Assembly (NCBI GenBank): GCA_951406725.2
Contig: OX597831.1
Location: 10,292,001 to 10,356,000, forward strand
From: Octopus vulgaris
Taxonomy: Eukaryota
Length of the DNA: 64,000 nucleotides
Direction: 5' to 3'
The translations under genes were made by a program, and so were the position numbers. Positions 1 to 13,109 of the stretch are shown here, one piece after another (within the stretch, counting starts at the first letter, position 1; every line of letters starts with the position of its first letter). A model generated the notes under the pieces. The model was given only the letters and a program-made list of their open reading frames with translations, made no database searches and was not told the origin of the DNA.

Positions 1-1017
1 TTCACCTCAATAGACGTCATTGATTGGTTGAAATTGCAGAAATTGAAGAAGAAAATAACAAATATCTTACAAACTATAGAATTTTCTTGATAAAGCCAAG
101 AGAAAAAGATGTTTTATACACATATTCTACCAGTGTACGAATTTTAAAAGTGTTTAGTTCCGTGGAAATTATTTTAAAAAACTGCCCGTTAAACCGAAAA
201 GATCCCAACATAACAATAATAATAGTAATGAAACATTTCATTTTCGATTGATTTATGAAATAGAAAATATTTTGTTTTAAAATCCTAGTCATGTCGCAGC
301 TTCCTTTTTCCGAATTTAGATTTTGCTTTGACGGAAATTCACTGATTTAAGCAAGTAACGGCGTGGCATATATAGAGTATTTGAATAAGATTTCTATTTT
401 AATCTTAGTGGTAATCACACCGTTTATACTTTCGATTGCAGGGTATGCATCGCTTGCTTTGCTCTATGTTTCTTGTGACATATAAGATGTGAACGATCCA
501 GCGCAATAATTAATACCAAATGATGCAGACCAAATACTAAGCTATGCGTTATACGATATTTATAGATAAGCGAAAGCAATTGCGTATGCAGAACCTTCAA
601 TTAACTGTAGTAAAAGCAGCTCACAAATTCCACCAGAAACACCTTGAGCAATTCAGCTGAACAACGTGAACGCCGAACACTAATTAGTCAGAATACGACG
701 GGATCGATAGTGACCTGTCACAACGTACACTTGTAATGCAAAGTCATCTGTTATCTCTGAAATAGATTGGCGGTCATCTCAGGTTTTAATGTCAACTGAG
801 AACTATTAGCCAGAAGAACTTCCATGACAAAAGCTTTAAATTTGGCACAGGAAAATAACTTAACTCTCTCCGAGAAAAATTATCCCAACATAACGAAATC
901 TACACCAGTCCGGCTTTAAATTCGGAAGCACATTCCGAAATAAATTCCGAAATACATTCTCGAACCGCTATTTCAGTATCCTTTCGGAATACAGTACGGA
1001 AGATATGATAACTAACC

Positions 1018-1299
1018 GACAGTCCGTCGATTATGACAACAAGCGTTCTAGCTGATCCGATCGACCCATCAGTGGGGGGGCACTCCACGAATACTAGTCC
1101 CATTTACGTAGTTCTCTGAGATTCAGTATGGCACAGATTGTGACAAGAAATACAGTTACAACACATGTTTTCCAGCTGAGTGGACTGGAATAATGCAAAG
1201 CAAAGCGTTTTGCTGAAGGACACAACGCACCGACGGGAATCGAACTCAAGACTATACGAACGTGAGCCGAATATGCTAACCACTTAGCCACAAACAACC
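1018..1299 (-). mobile_element. tRNA-derived SINE, OR2-like, diverged
   Basis: Minus strand has A box GTGGCTAAGTGG, B box GTTCGATTCC, a CORE-like TGTGTCCTT segment and tail GGATCAGCTAGAACGCTTGTTGTCATAATCGACGGA. The tail is shared with 52710-53024 and 53893-54277. Confidence 0.75.
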
Positions 1300-4200
1300 G
1301 CATTGGAAACTGGTAAATGCACCCGATAAATACATTTCAAATCATAGAAGTCAGAATGAAAGCGATTCTGATCGAAAAAGTTTGCGCGAATTTCATTTTC
1401 CAAGGAATCTAAAGACTTTATTTTTCTCAAATTTCAGTAAAAGATATAATTCTTTTAAACTTAAATACCCAGTCGCACTTTATCGACTTTTCTCAAAATT
1501 CAATGGTGATGACAAACAATTTTTGCGTCGATTATTTTTGAGGCCGACTACAATCCTTAAAAATGAAATAACGAAACAATAACGTTTACGAACCTTTTAC
1601 TGGGCAAGATCAAATAAGAGAAAACAAATTTTTTACCGATGTTAATTTTCAGGATTACGTGTGTAACTTTTATCTTAGACGTGATATCATTTGAAGAAAT
1701 TTAAATGTCATTATCCTTTGAATTTAGCTTCTTTTCTTCAGATAGTAAAGACATTTATTCCCGCTAGAATTTAATATTTTGAAACACACAGTTTTGAGTG
1801 GAGTCCATCCCCAGTAAAATGTTAAAGGAGTTCGATATCATTGAGAAAATTTTATTTTGATACATATTATGCAGACATGGAATGCAAATTCTTTAGTTAA
1901 TAATATTAATCCAAAATTAATTTAATGTGAAGTACATCAACATTACTTCAAAATTTACAAGACATACGATGATAATCAAAATATTTGACATATGAACCAC
2001 AACGTGCTGGCAACGGATTTGGCGATATGTTACAAGCAGAGACGTAATCAACTGATGTAAATGACACAATAAGAATCGATAACAGAGAGTTATAACAGCA
2101 GCATTGAAGAGACTCATATTTCATAAGGAAGGGCAGACTATGGAGGCGTGTAGACCACTAAATGTTTGCAAAACAAATAATACCAATGAAATATAACGTA
2201 ACGTATTTATTAATACGTCAACTTTGTCCTTCTTAACGAACTCTCATAATATATCTCAAAACAATTCGGACGTCCTCGATAATCATTCTTCATATTCGTC
2301 TGTTTTCTTTTGTTTTCTTTATCTTTATTTTCTCTTTTAAAAATTGAAGGAATGACTGCATAATTACAATTAAGACCCGTTGTATGATTGCGTGTTTTAC
2401 ATTACAGTTAATAAAGTCATCTACTTATTAATCTTGTTTCATGTGTAACCGTTTGCTAAACACACCTCATTAACAACCACACAATATTACTAGACAAACG
2501 AAGCTGCAGAGAAGAGTTTAAGCAGTAATCACCATCCACCTTGGAAACACCTTATCAAATACGACCCAATGACCTAAAGAGAGTTAGTTAAGTAACAAGA
2601 AAATAGAATCGATCAATCGATTATCTAATGACATAACAGTCTGCTTGGCGAATAGAATTCCAGTTTGAAAAACCACTTTTCCTCCCATCATGGCGGCAAT
2701 AACTTCTTTTGTCCGAACTTTTATTTTCTGGTTTCTTTCCGCCATTTCTCATTAAAAATATGAGATAATTTCATGATGCAGATGCTGCAGTTTCTATATT
2801 TTTATATCATTATTTTTCACGTTATTAAGTCTTGTTTATTTGTTTCATGATGTCGGACAAAATTAATCAATATTACTCATTTTTCTGACAGCTTTCATTT
2901 TGATGCCTTCAAAAACTATCCTTCATATTATTCTCCTGAAGGTTTGTCAAGATACACATTATTTTTCGTTTTTCAATTTCAAAACTACTTTCAGACCTTA
3001 CATGTCTGGAGATGTATAAGCAGATGTCAATCTCATCTACCGAAACTAGATGCTGATAGCTTCAATCGAGTCATCATTATGGCAACAGTGTTGATGCTGT
3101 AGTTATTGTTGTTGTTGGTGTTTTTGTTTATAGTGGTGCTGAAACGGTCATGGTGGCGATGAAGGTGACGACCATATGAAACATTAATATTACAGAGTTA
3201 TTTCTATGTCTCTAATCTAAGAATAGTTTTAAAGGGTGGTTCATGTATGCATGATATTGAAAATATGTTATCTCAGGTTTAGTAAATATTATTCTGCGTC
3301 GGTAAAAAGAATGGTTTTTAGTTTCTTTTTGAAGTCAGAGATGGTCTGAGAATTCCTGTTGGCTATTGGCAATGAAATCGATATTTTTTTTTTATTTGAT
3401 GGATGTGAATGCTTTCATCTCTGTAACATATCGAAATTAATTTTATTTCATTTTATCAGTTACCAAACGTATTGTGCTATCGTATATACAATCTAGCAGA
3501 CCACCGAAAGTGAATTTATCTGAAGCAGTAAGTTTTCCCATAAACTTTGCCCCAAGACATTGTTAGGATTACAACGATGCAGCATATCTAAGCTTTTCAA
3601 TAACAAATAGACATGTTTGCTGATATCGTCAACATCAGTTGTCTAACTGTAATATGTTCAGTTGGTTGCATCTCGCCGAAGGTGGTTGATGTAGGCTTCA
3701 ACAAGGCAAAACTTCTGCTGACAATGATCTCATTACTGATAATGCTCTACACTGGGTGGCGATTTTGCTAAGTCGTTAAATCTTAAGATGGCCTCTCCAT
3801 TTGTATCGTCCCTCTGCGATGTGAGTTCGAATCCACCTGAAGTCAATATGTTTCAGGCCGATTAAAAAAGTATGAATCTAGTATATTAGATTTATAGAAC
3901 CGCAAAACTGTTGGACCAGGTAACTAGTAGTATTTGTTCGGAAGATTTGTGCTATGAGTTCATATTTGGGTTTCTTGATTAAATGTTACCACCTTCTGTT
4001 TTGTACGGGATTTTTCTCTCTACTCTATACATTCAAGCTTTATACATTCTCCGAGTTGAAGCTATATTTCCCTCTCCATCCCGTCAGTTTCAATACACAC
4101 TAAACAGTCATAGTGATATCCTTCCTTCGTTCCTTCCCTCCTGAAGAATAAATAACAAATTTAGATGAAATCCACGTGTCGTATTGCTTTAGTATAGGCA

Positions 4201-4409
4201 CAAGGCCTAGAATATGAAATGGAGTTAGACTTCAGCCTATGAAATAAGCTAATCGTCTGGGGTTTACGCAGCTTGAGATAAGTGGCAGATGTGTAGCGAG
4301 ACATGACGGATACTCGATTCACCTGTCAAAAGTAACCTCTCCGCGAACCTCCACGCCTGAATGAGTGCAAACTCATAACATCTTAAAGGACCGCGGTGGG
4401 ATGACGCTA

Positions 4410-4419
4410 GATATATATA

Positions 4420-4493
<74 letters not shown>
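4410..4493. repeat. (TA)n microsatellite
   Basis: Directly visible TA run between two GC-rich blocks. Confidence 0.95.
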
Positions 4494-4496
<3 letters not shown>

Positions 4497-5151
4497 CTAC
4501 TGCCGCGTGGGCAAAATCGTTTTCGCGGAAGGTACCCGCTATTCTTCTTGCACACAACTGAACTTTCTGCGCCTGTAGCCCGAGTATTGTCTTGGCTGCT
4601 TCGTCTTGAGTAGAGATGTCTATTGCTCGCTCATCGGATTTTCGTTTTGACGCAAGATTTTGTTCAGGTTTCAGACCTTCCCGGGCTATTTTGAGCGACC
4701 GGCAATTATCAATGCTGCGGATTTCCCTTCTGCAAGCCATTGGCTTTGACCAACGTACAGGCAAATGTCATTTGATATTGAGATATTGTAGTAGCAGAAT
4801 TTCATAAAAAACTATGTTGAAAAATTTGCTTTAGGGATGTCAGCCCTGCGTCCTCCTTCTGCATATTCCCGCTATGCTTTTCCAATTGAAGAGTATTGCC
4901 ACAATGTAGCTGAAATTTCGAATATCTGCTTATGGTCTTTCAGAACAACTTTTCCAGGCTCACAAGTTAAATAAAACAAAAAGGAATGTCTTTATGGAAC
5001 ACTGGTGCAAGATAAATTTTTGATTTATTGAAATTACCAATATTTTGAAAAAACTATGTGTCAAATGTCTCCAGTCCATTCGTCCAAACGCAAATGAGAA
5101 AAAGAGACAGTTCCAACACTGAAAAACTGCCCCGACGCACGCACGCACACA

Positions 5152-5199
<48 letters not shown>

Positions 5200-6121
5200 T
5201 ACACACACATCATACATCAATATATAAACTAAGTGGAATATAGCGCTGAGAACAAAATGGCTACGTCATGTACATTGATTCTAAATTGTGTATGTCTGTC
5301 CACTGCGGCCATGATTATGTGAATTGGAATATATTGAAGGCATTAATTGAGATTATTATCAATTAATCTTAAATGAATAATAGTACTTGATTTTGTTTTA
5401 TCATTATTGAATATATAAATTCTGTGTTTAGGTTTTATATTTGGATAAGTAGGCCCTGGTTGGGGTGTGTCATGCCTGGATTTTAGAGTGCAATAACATT
5501 GTTTAAGCGTAAATCTTTAAATCTTTTGATCGTACGTTTAATATTAAACTGTTAATCCCTTAATTCTATTAATAGTCAGCCGTACCAGTAACACCATATA
5601 CATGATTACTCTCTTTTTCCATCTCTCTATTTGCGACATAAATAGTTTCACTCTACGTACAACGCACCAAAGACAGAAATGAGGCCAGTGTTTTAATCCC
5701 ATTCTACTAATGTGTGAATGCAATGAAAGCTTAACGAACTCTTAGCATTATTAATTTGGTAGCTTCAGTGAAATTCATGTCGTTTCATTTAATTACTATA
5801 TGGTAAAATTTGTTAATGGTTGCAGAGTAATTATTTTAATCACCTTAGTGGTAAAACGGTGGTTAATATATTCTGGTTAATATTAATAATCCGACAGAAA
5901 ATTTTAATTAGATACGTTACCATTTCCTCAGACAGGACACAAGTAGTTTTCGTAGTTAGAGCGATTAATTAATTAAATAGATATAGGAATATTTATATTA
6001 AAACCACACTAATGATGAAATCGAAACATGGTCCTCGATGAACCAAGGAAGTGATATCCATAAATATAATGACAGGATATCCACATATATACATCATTAT
6101 ATATATATATATATACATACA

Positions 6122-6353
6122 AAGGCGACGAGCTGGTAGACACGTTAGCGCGCCGGGCGAAATGCTTAGTGGTATTTCGTCTGTCGTTACGTTCTGAGTC
6201 TAAATTCCGCCGTGGTCGACTTTGCAGTTCATCCTTTCGGGGTCAACAAATAATGTACCAGTTTCACACTGGGGTCGATGTAATCGACTTAATCCCTGTG
6301 TCTGCCCTTGTTTGTACCCTCTTTTTTAACCCCATGTGGGCAATAAAGAAATA
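6122..6353 (+). mobile_element. SINE family A (~235 bp, head AAGGCGGCGAGCTGGCAG)
   Basis: tRNA-like head, central CATCCTTTCGGGGTC..AAGTACCAG domain (resembles the Meta/MESC SINE domain) and tail GGGCAATAAAGAAATA. Many copies in the window. Confidence 0.9.
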
Positions 6354-7245
6354 TATCTCTTATTATAAAAGGCACATTTTATCTGCCTCCCTTTGGGAGT
6401 TATAGAAATCTACAATATAGGATTTCTTCAATTACAATGTACCTAGCATTTTTAAGAGTAGAATGCATCGGGTCATGCCAGGTCCAGTTTTTAAAATTTA
6501 AACTCCACTTAAGCAAAATATACAGAAAACTCACATTCTGGTGTGTGTGACAAATGCTTTTCTTAGTCTGGTTTACACCACACGCAAACGCACACACACA
6601 GTGTGCAACGAATAAAATGAAAGTAAATAGCGACAGAGTGATTTGAGAAAAACTAAACTGAAAGTATTTAAACCACTACTCAAAAATAAAAAAAACACAG
6701 CAAACAGAAACAAATAAATACATAACGATTTACTCCTCACACAATTTCTTCAATTGGAGTGTACCCATGATTTTTCAGAGTACTTCAGTGGGTGATGCCA
6801 TAAAAAATTTCTTTCAATTTTACCACCAATTAAGACAAAATTCGAGAAAACTCAATATTTTAAAATATCACTCCGAAAGCATTGATGTACATGTGTGCGT
6901 GCGTGAGTGTGTGTGTGTCATTCCTCACACACACGCATACACATACATATACACCTACATACAACTACATACACATACAACTACATACAAACACGTGTGT
7001 GTTTGTTATTAAAAAAGGCGCCAAAACACAACTCACTTATCATTCCAACACATTTGCAAAGACACACGGACGGACAGAAAAGGTAAATTGGTTTTTATTT
7101 TACTCTGTATATATTTTATTATATAATATTATATATAGATATATGTATATATAATTGCAGTATGAAACAGTGTTTATGTATAAACAGACGACACTTATAC
7201 ATAGTTATTATAATAAGAGATTAATAAATGTATGCATCCGTTTAA

Positions 7246-7569
7246 CCCTTTCGTTACCAAGCCGCCCGAATTTACCTATTCATATTTAAATGAGAATATC
7301 AGAGCAAATCTCTTTAGTACATTCGTGAAAACACGTATTATACTTCGTAAACACTTCAACTACAGTTTTGTACAAAAATCGAAGTGTAATTTTAATTCCG
7401 TGAATTATGGGAGATTTTTATCCGAAATTTGTTCCTATTGTGTTTTCAAAATTCGTAATTCTGACAAAAAAATGGATACGAATTTCATTATATCAAGCAG
7501 CGAGTCAGAATTCGAAGGATTTTCTACTGAAGACCTTCATAAATCTAACTCTATGACTGAAAAAAAAAG
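7246..7569 (+). mobile_element. piggyBac-like transposon left end, truncated
   Basis: TTAA (7242-7245) followed by CCCTTTCGTTACC. ATG at 7472 opens the acidic N-terminus MDTNFIISSSESEFEGFSTEDL, typical of piggyBac transposases. No right TIR seen. Confidence 0.65.
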
Positions 7570-7903
7570 CACATTTTGCGGTGCGGTTTAACCAAAAGCG
7601 GGTATATTATAGTCGTGATTCATATCGAGCCCTTCTGGGTATTAGCGTGCGTCTACGATGAGTCTACGATTTAAAAAAAATTACCATCATATTTTTCCAT
7701 TTTAATGCATTTTTTTCGCTTTTATATAAGGGAAGTAACTCTCTAAAAATATCTACGATGTGTCAACGATTTAAAAAAAAATTACCTTAATTTTTTTTCA
7801 ATTTTTAATGCATTATTTTGCTATTTTTTGGCTATAACTCTCTAAAAATGCTTATATAGTTATTTCCCTTACAAACCCGAGCAACACCGGGCGATACTGC
7901 TAG
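7570..7903 (+). mobile_element. Non-autonomous Helitron-like element, family H1, 5'-truncated
   Basis: Matches 19677-19975 and 21253-21628. Subterminal hairpin CCCGAGCAACACCGGG, 3' CTAG followed by T, and an internal ~100-bp tandem duplication. Confidence 0.8.
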
Positions 7904-9560
7904 TATATATATAAAACTGAGAATGTGTGTGCGTGTGTCTGTCTGTCTGTATGCTTCCATAAAACTTGAGAACTACACAACCAATTTTATTCAAATTTTA
8001 TACATGCCTTACTTAGGGTCCGGGGAGTGTCCCCGGCAAAAAAGTTTTTAACTTTTTGGCTAGGGCGAGCCCATAGCAACATCATATCTTCTCCACTACG
8101 ATTCCCTAAAACTTGAGAACTACACAACCAAGTTCATTCAAATTTTACACATGCCTTACTTAGGGTCCATGTAGTTTCAGGGGCAACAATATGTTCAACT
8201 TCTTGCCTAGAGCGAGCCCATAGCAATATCATATCTTCTCCACTATTTCAGTATGTGTTAAAAGTGATACAAATATATTTCTCTATTTTATGTCAGATAC
8301 TTTCACTTTAACAATAAAAATAATAATAACAATTGAATTAATTATATGTAGTAAGTAATAATTAAAATCAAACTAAAGTATAATATAATCGTAACATAAC
8401 AAAAGTAAAAATAGCAATTGGTATAAAATTGCATCAATGACTTGAACTTGAATAAGTGGCTTCACATGAATGGGAATAAATTAAAAATATAATTAGCGTG
8501 CAGAAACGAAATAGTCCAGACGGAGGTGTGCAATACCCTTTACCACGGCTTTTACATTAGATTATCTGCTAATTAGCTAGCATTAAGTATCTATATGAAG
8601 TTTGGCTGTATGTAATGTCTGTTTTCTCGAACAGCGCTTCTACTGAGTACTGTTATTATTATTACTGTTTAACTATTGTTATCACGTTTGTTGGTTCCTC
8701 GTAAGGGAAACGTTTTTGTGTTGCATCTGTTAAATAATTGTAAACTGTAACCCTCTCCCTTTGGGAGAAGGGGCTTTGGTTATTGTTTGAAAATTGAATT
8801 GTGTCCCTGTTTGGGGAAATTGAATATATTTTCACCGTTTACAGGGATGCATTTTTGTTAGAATGCCTTCGATAGAAGAAAGTTCAAAAATGAATTTCTC
8901 TGCAGCCGTCCTTGGGCGCGAACGCATTAAAATTAAAATGGAAGAAATACAAACCTATTTCGGACTGATCACCGACAAAGACGGTGAATCTAGGATAACA
9001 CCACCAAACGAAATAAAAAATTAAATTAAAGAAAAGACTATTGTCTATAAAGTATACAATGTAGAGAAAAAAAAAAGATTTGAACACCTGGAGGAAAGCA
9101 CCATCGAAAAGTGTCTTGGTGCGACTATGAAAGATATCTAACCAGAGGCGGTAAATTCACTTCAATAGAAGCAAGGTTCGAGTCAACGGAGCGTGCAAGG
9201 GAGTACTCGACTCGAACCTTGCAAAGTGGAAATATTTTATTTTTATCTTTATATCTGGGACATAGGACGTCCCGGATAAAAATTAAATGCCCCCCCCCCC
9301 CGAAGTAGAGGTAGGCTGGATTGTAGCCACACTTCTAAACAAGAGGGAGGACAAGATACAATTGATCGAAATTGCAAGAGACGGGCTAACAATTCCAGTC
9401 TGTTATATATTTTGAGTATTGTTATCACTAGCGATATCAAGATATAACTTTGTATTTTGTATTTTATGTGTAGATGTATATATAGATGTACATGTAATAT
9501 GTACACACATATATACATACACTAACACTATGACCCTGCAACGACGGGTCATAATGCTTG
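7904..9560 (+). mobile_element. Non-autonomous Helitron-like element, family H2 (~1.65 kb)
   Basis: Head TATATATAAAA + (TG)/(TCTG)n, 147-bp tandem duplication (~7955-8246), and terminal hairpin TATGACCC-TGCAACGAC-GGGTCATA followed by ATGCTTG|T (degenerate CTAG). Confidence 0.6.
8890..9390 (+). pseudogene. Decayed N-terminal LINE ORF1-like fragment (L1/Tx1-type RRM region)
   Basis: Translation across a stop and frameshifts: MNFSAAVLGRERIKIK..EKTIVYKVYNVEKK..YLTRGGKFTSIEARFESTERAREYSTRTLQSGNILFLSLYLGHRTSRIKIK..PPEVEVGWIVA. Resembles a non-LTR ORF1p RRM region; not searched. Confidence 0.5.
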
Positions 9561-9926
9561 TATATATATCTCACACATACAAACTGTTTAGATTTCGTTT
9601 AGCAATAAATATGTAAAACGAAGAATACGTATATTTTATATACAGAATTCAGTTTTGTATGAAGACATATTTCATAAGGAAATTGATCCCCATATTGCTT
9701 TCATATCAAATATTTATACATGGGGTTTCCACTTCACTCCGCAAGTTACGCAAATGCTTAATGGTTAATAGTAGAAATTTTACCTATAATTATTGATTAT
9801 TAACTAGAGCCGAACGTCGATATCTTTCTTAGTCAAGTAATATAGGCAATCGGAAAAACTTGGAGGAATCGGAACCATAGGTATAAAGTTATATTGATAT
9901 CAAATATGTGTGGATAAATTGATATA

Positions 9927-10340
9927 GGCGCAGGAGTGGCTGTGTGGTAAGTAACTTGCTTACCAATCATATGTTTCCGGGTTCAGTCTCACTGCGTGGC
10001 AGCGTGGACAAGTGTCTTCTATTATAGCCTCGAGCCGACCAAAGCCTTGTGAGTGGATTTGGTAGACGGAAACTGAAAGAAGCCCGTCGTATATATGTAT
10101 ATATATGTATGTGTGTGTGTATATTTGTGTGTCTGTCTTTGTCCCACCCACCCCAACATCACTTGACAACCGATGCTGGTGTGTCTTCGTCCCCGTAACG
10201 TAGCGGTTCGGCAAAAGAGACCCATAAAATAAGTACTAGGCTTACAAAGAATAAGTCCTGGGGTCGATTTACTCGACTAAAGGCGGTGCTCCAGCATGGC
10301 CACAGTCAAATGACTGAAACAAGTAAAATGAGTAAAAAAA
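9927..10340 (+). mobile_element. SINE family B (OK-like, ~410 bp, internal microsatellite)
   Basis: Head GGCGCAGGAGTGGCTGTGTGG, B box GGTTCAGTC, central (TA)/(TG) tract and tail TGACTGAAACAAGTAAAA. Confidence 0.9.
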
Positions 10341-11392
10341 AGGGAGTATAGTTACAAACACATTTATAGATATACATACGCGCGCACACATACACAAACA
10401 CACACACACACACTTATGTATGCATGTATGTATGAGTGTGTTTTTCTCTGTATGGATCTATACGTGTGCATGCGTATGTATGCGGTGTCATTTGGCACTA
10501 ATGTATTTGAATACGTTTGCTTCGAAGCCTCGTTAGTGTATATGTTTCTGAAGACTTTTAGCGATTGCGAACAAAATATCCGTTGTGTGAGAGAAATTCT
10601 TATGGAATGGTCACTTCAGATGTTTACCATTTTAGTTTTACTTGCTGCTGCTTTATGTTTTTGTGTCCCAATGCAAAGGTGTACATTCCATTTGGCATAA
10701 GGATGTTAACTGAATAAGGTAAATAATATTATAAAAAAGTTCTTCAATGTTTTCGAATTTATATCTGCAGTGGTTTTGAAAATATCTAATTAGTTTTACT
10801 CCAACGCTTTCTATTGCATTGCCATAAAGGTTTTCTTCCTATTGCATTCCTATAAAGGTTTGCTGCTGTATTCAATTAGGTTTCATGGTAAAGGATCTAA
10901 TATATATTCTATAAAATTCGCCGCACAGAATCATATGTATGCATGTGTTTGTGTGAGTGAGTATAGATTTATAAATATGTGGATATGTGGATATATATGT
11001 GTGTATGTATGTATATGTGTGTGTGTGTGTCTGTGCGTGTGTTTGTGTGTGTATTGAATCATTTGCTTTGAGGAATATTCAATAGAAATCTTCTAAATTC
11101 AAAGAGCTTATTTGTGATCGCTAATGAAGTAAATAATATTAAAACAATAAATTATTACTCGTATATAAAAATATTACTTCCGATAGAAGATAAGGACGGG
11201 ACGAAAAAGAACCGTAATACGTGGGTGCAATAAAGCACTGAAAGAAAACATAACCGTATTTACAATCAGAAAACATACCCACGATTTCTAAACGGTGCGC
11301 AATACTCCTCGTTATTCCATATGAAAGAAATTAAGAATCATTAATAAACATACTATAATTCAAATTTTGATAACACAATATCTAATTATCCG

Positions 11393-11786
11393 AAGGCGGC
11401 GAGCTGGCAGAATCGTTAGCACGCCGGGCGAAATGTTTAGCAACATTTCGTCTGCCGCTACGTTCTGAATTCAAATTCCGCGGAGGTCGACCTTGCCTTT
11501 CATCCCTTCGGGGTCGATTACATAAGTACCAGTTACGTACTGGGGACGATATAATCGACTTAATCCGTCTGTCTATCCTTGTTTGTCTCCTCTGTGTTTA
11601 GCCCCTTGTGGGTAGTAAAGAAATAGGTATTTCTTCTGTCATTACGTTCTGAGTTCAAATTCCGCCGAGGTCGACTTCGCCTTTCATTCTTTCGGGGTGT
11701 AAAAAATAAGTGCCATTTGCTATTGGAGTCAATCAACTAGTCCCCTCCCACATACGTTTGGGCCTTGTGAGTAGAGTAGAAAAAAA
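11393..11786 (+). mobile_element. Dimeric family-A SINE
   Basis: Full monomer to 11625, then a headless second monomer with an alternative tail. Flanked by imperfect TSD ATCTAATTATCCGAAGG / ATCTAAATAACCAAGG. Confidence 0.8.
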
Positions 11787-12252
11787 TCTAAATAACCAAG
11801 GTTAATGTGCTTGACCAATAATATATTCCTCACAGAATATTTAAAATTCTCGCATGATGAACACAAAAAAGGAAAACCGGTAATATTTATTAGTACCCAT
11901 CTACGACTTAATCTTGGTTCTTAAAGATATTAGTATTTGCAAATCCACATTCTTGATACTAACGGATAACATACAATGGTACAATAACATTAAACTTTTC
12001 ATTGATTTTCAAAATATATTTGATATATATAAAACCAATCTAATATACGATGTATTCGGTTTTAATTGAGATGACAACAAACACACATACACACACGTAT
12101 ATATACATGCCTGTATGTATCTCCAACTTTATTTTTATATCTAGTTTTATTTCAGTATCACTATGAAATTAAATAGCTTCGATTTTGTTATTATTTTTAT
12201 TATTGTCAGTATCGTTAAAGTCGCCTTTATTCTGTTATTGCTATTGGTGTTG

Positions 12253-12588
12253 CAGCCTGGAAGGTGTTTGTAAGCCATTTAAGAAACACACAAAAGCCGT
12301 TCGATTCGCTTCAACATTTAAGTTTAATTTGTCAAAATATTTTCGTCGCTTTGAGACCTGTTTACTGACAAAAATCCGTGCTGCATCTGAGAAAGTAACA
12401 GTTAGTTCGTTATATATATGTACGTATGTATGTGTGTATGTATGTATACATGCATGTATGTATGTTGAAGTGAATCGAACGGCTTTTGTGTGTTTCTTAA
12501 ATGGTTTACAAACACATTCCACGCTGAAATTGTTTTTGTTCCAGCACACGATCTCAGATCAAATCACTTGCTATGCAAGTACATCTCC
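12253..12588 (-). mobile_element. Putative non-autonomous Penelope-like element with inverted arms
   Basis: 13-bp direct repeat GCTATTGGTGTTG at 12240-12252 and 12589-12601. ~65-bp inverted repeat 12253-12317 / 12462-12527 around a (TA)/(TATG) tract. HHR-like fold at 12328-12372. Second copy at 33146-33335. Confidence 0.65.
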
Positions 12589-12972
12589 GCTATTGGTGTT
12601 GTTATAGTTAATATAATATTACTTTTGTAATTATTTTTGTACCTACTAGAACAATATGTATGGCCCGGGAATCTAGTTGACTGATTATTGGAGGGAAATA
12701 GACAGATATAGCTGAGGAAACTCAAAGAAATCCGACAGCGCTTGATCACATTCCATCTGAGCAAGCATCAACATACAGCGATTGCTGAAAAATATTTAAT
12801 TACATAGTTATTCTAAAGAATAATCGAATATAATGATACATAAATAATAAACTCAACAACTGAAAGCTGGTGTCCAGTGAATGAAAGAAATGTTTTGATA
12901 TACAATCAAAGCCTGCTATTTTCCATCTCCATTTCATATCACTCTCTCTATCTCACTGTCTGTGTGTGTGTG

Positions 12973-13043
<71 letters not shown>

Positions 13044-13109
13044 TAAAAGGAGTGTGCTTTGTTTTATTGCGTAATTTTACAATTACAAATATATAACGGC
13101 TTTTCTGAA

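Noticed and set aside
7955-8246. Direct repeats considered as a CRISPR-like array
   Set aside because: Only two 147-bp tandem units with no spacers, in a eukaryotic TE context.
12253-12527. Inverted repeat read as a DNA-transposon MITE or pre-miRNA
   Set aside because: The repeat is not terminal relative to the TSD, and the unit carries an HHR-like fold. A PLE-type inversion fits better.
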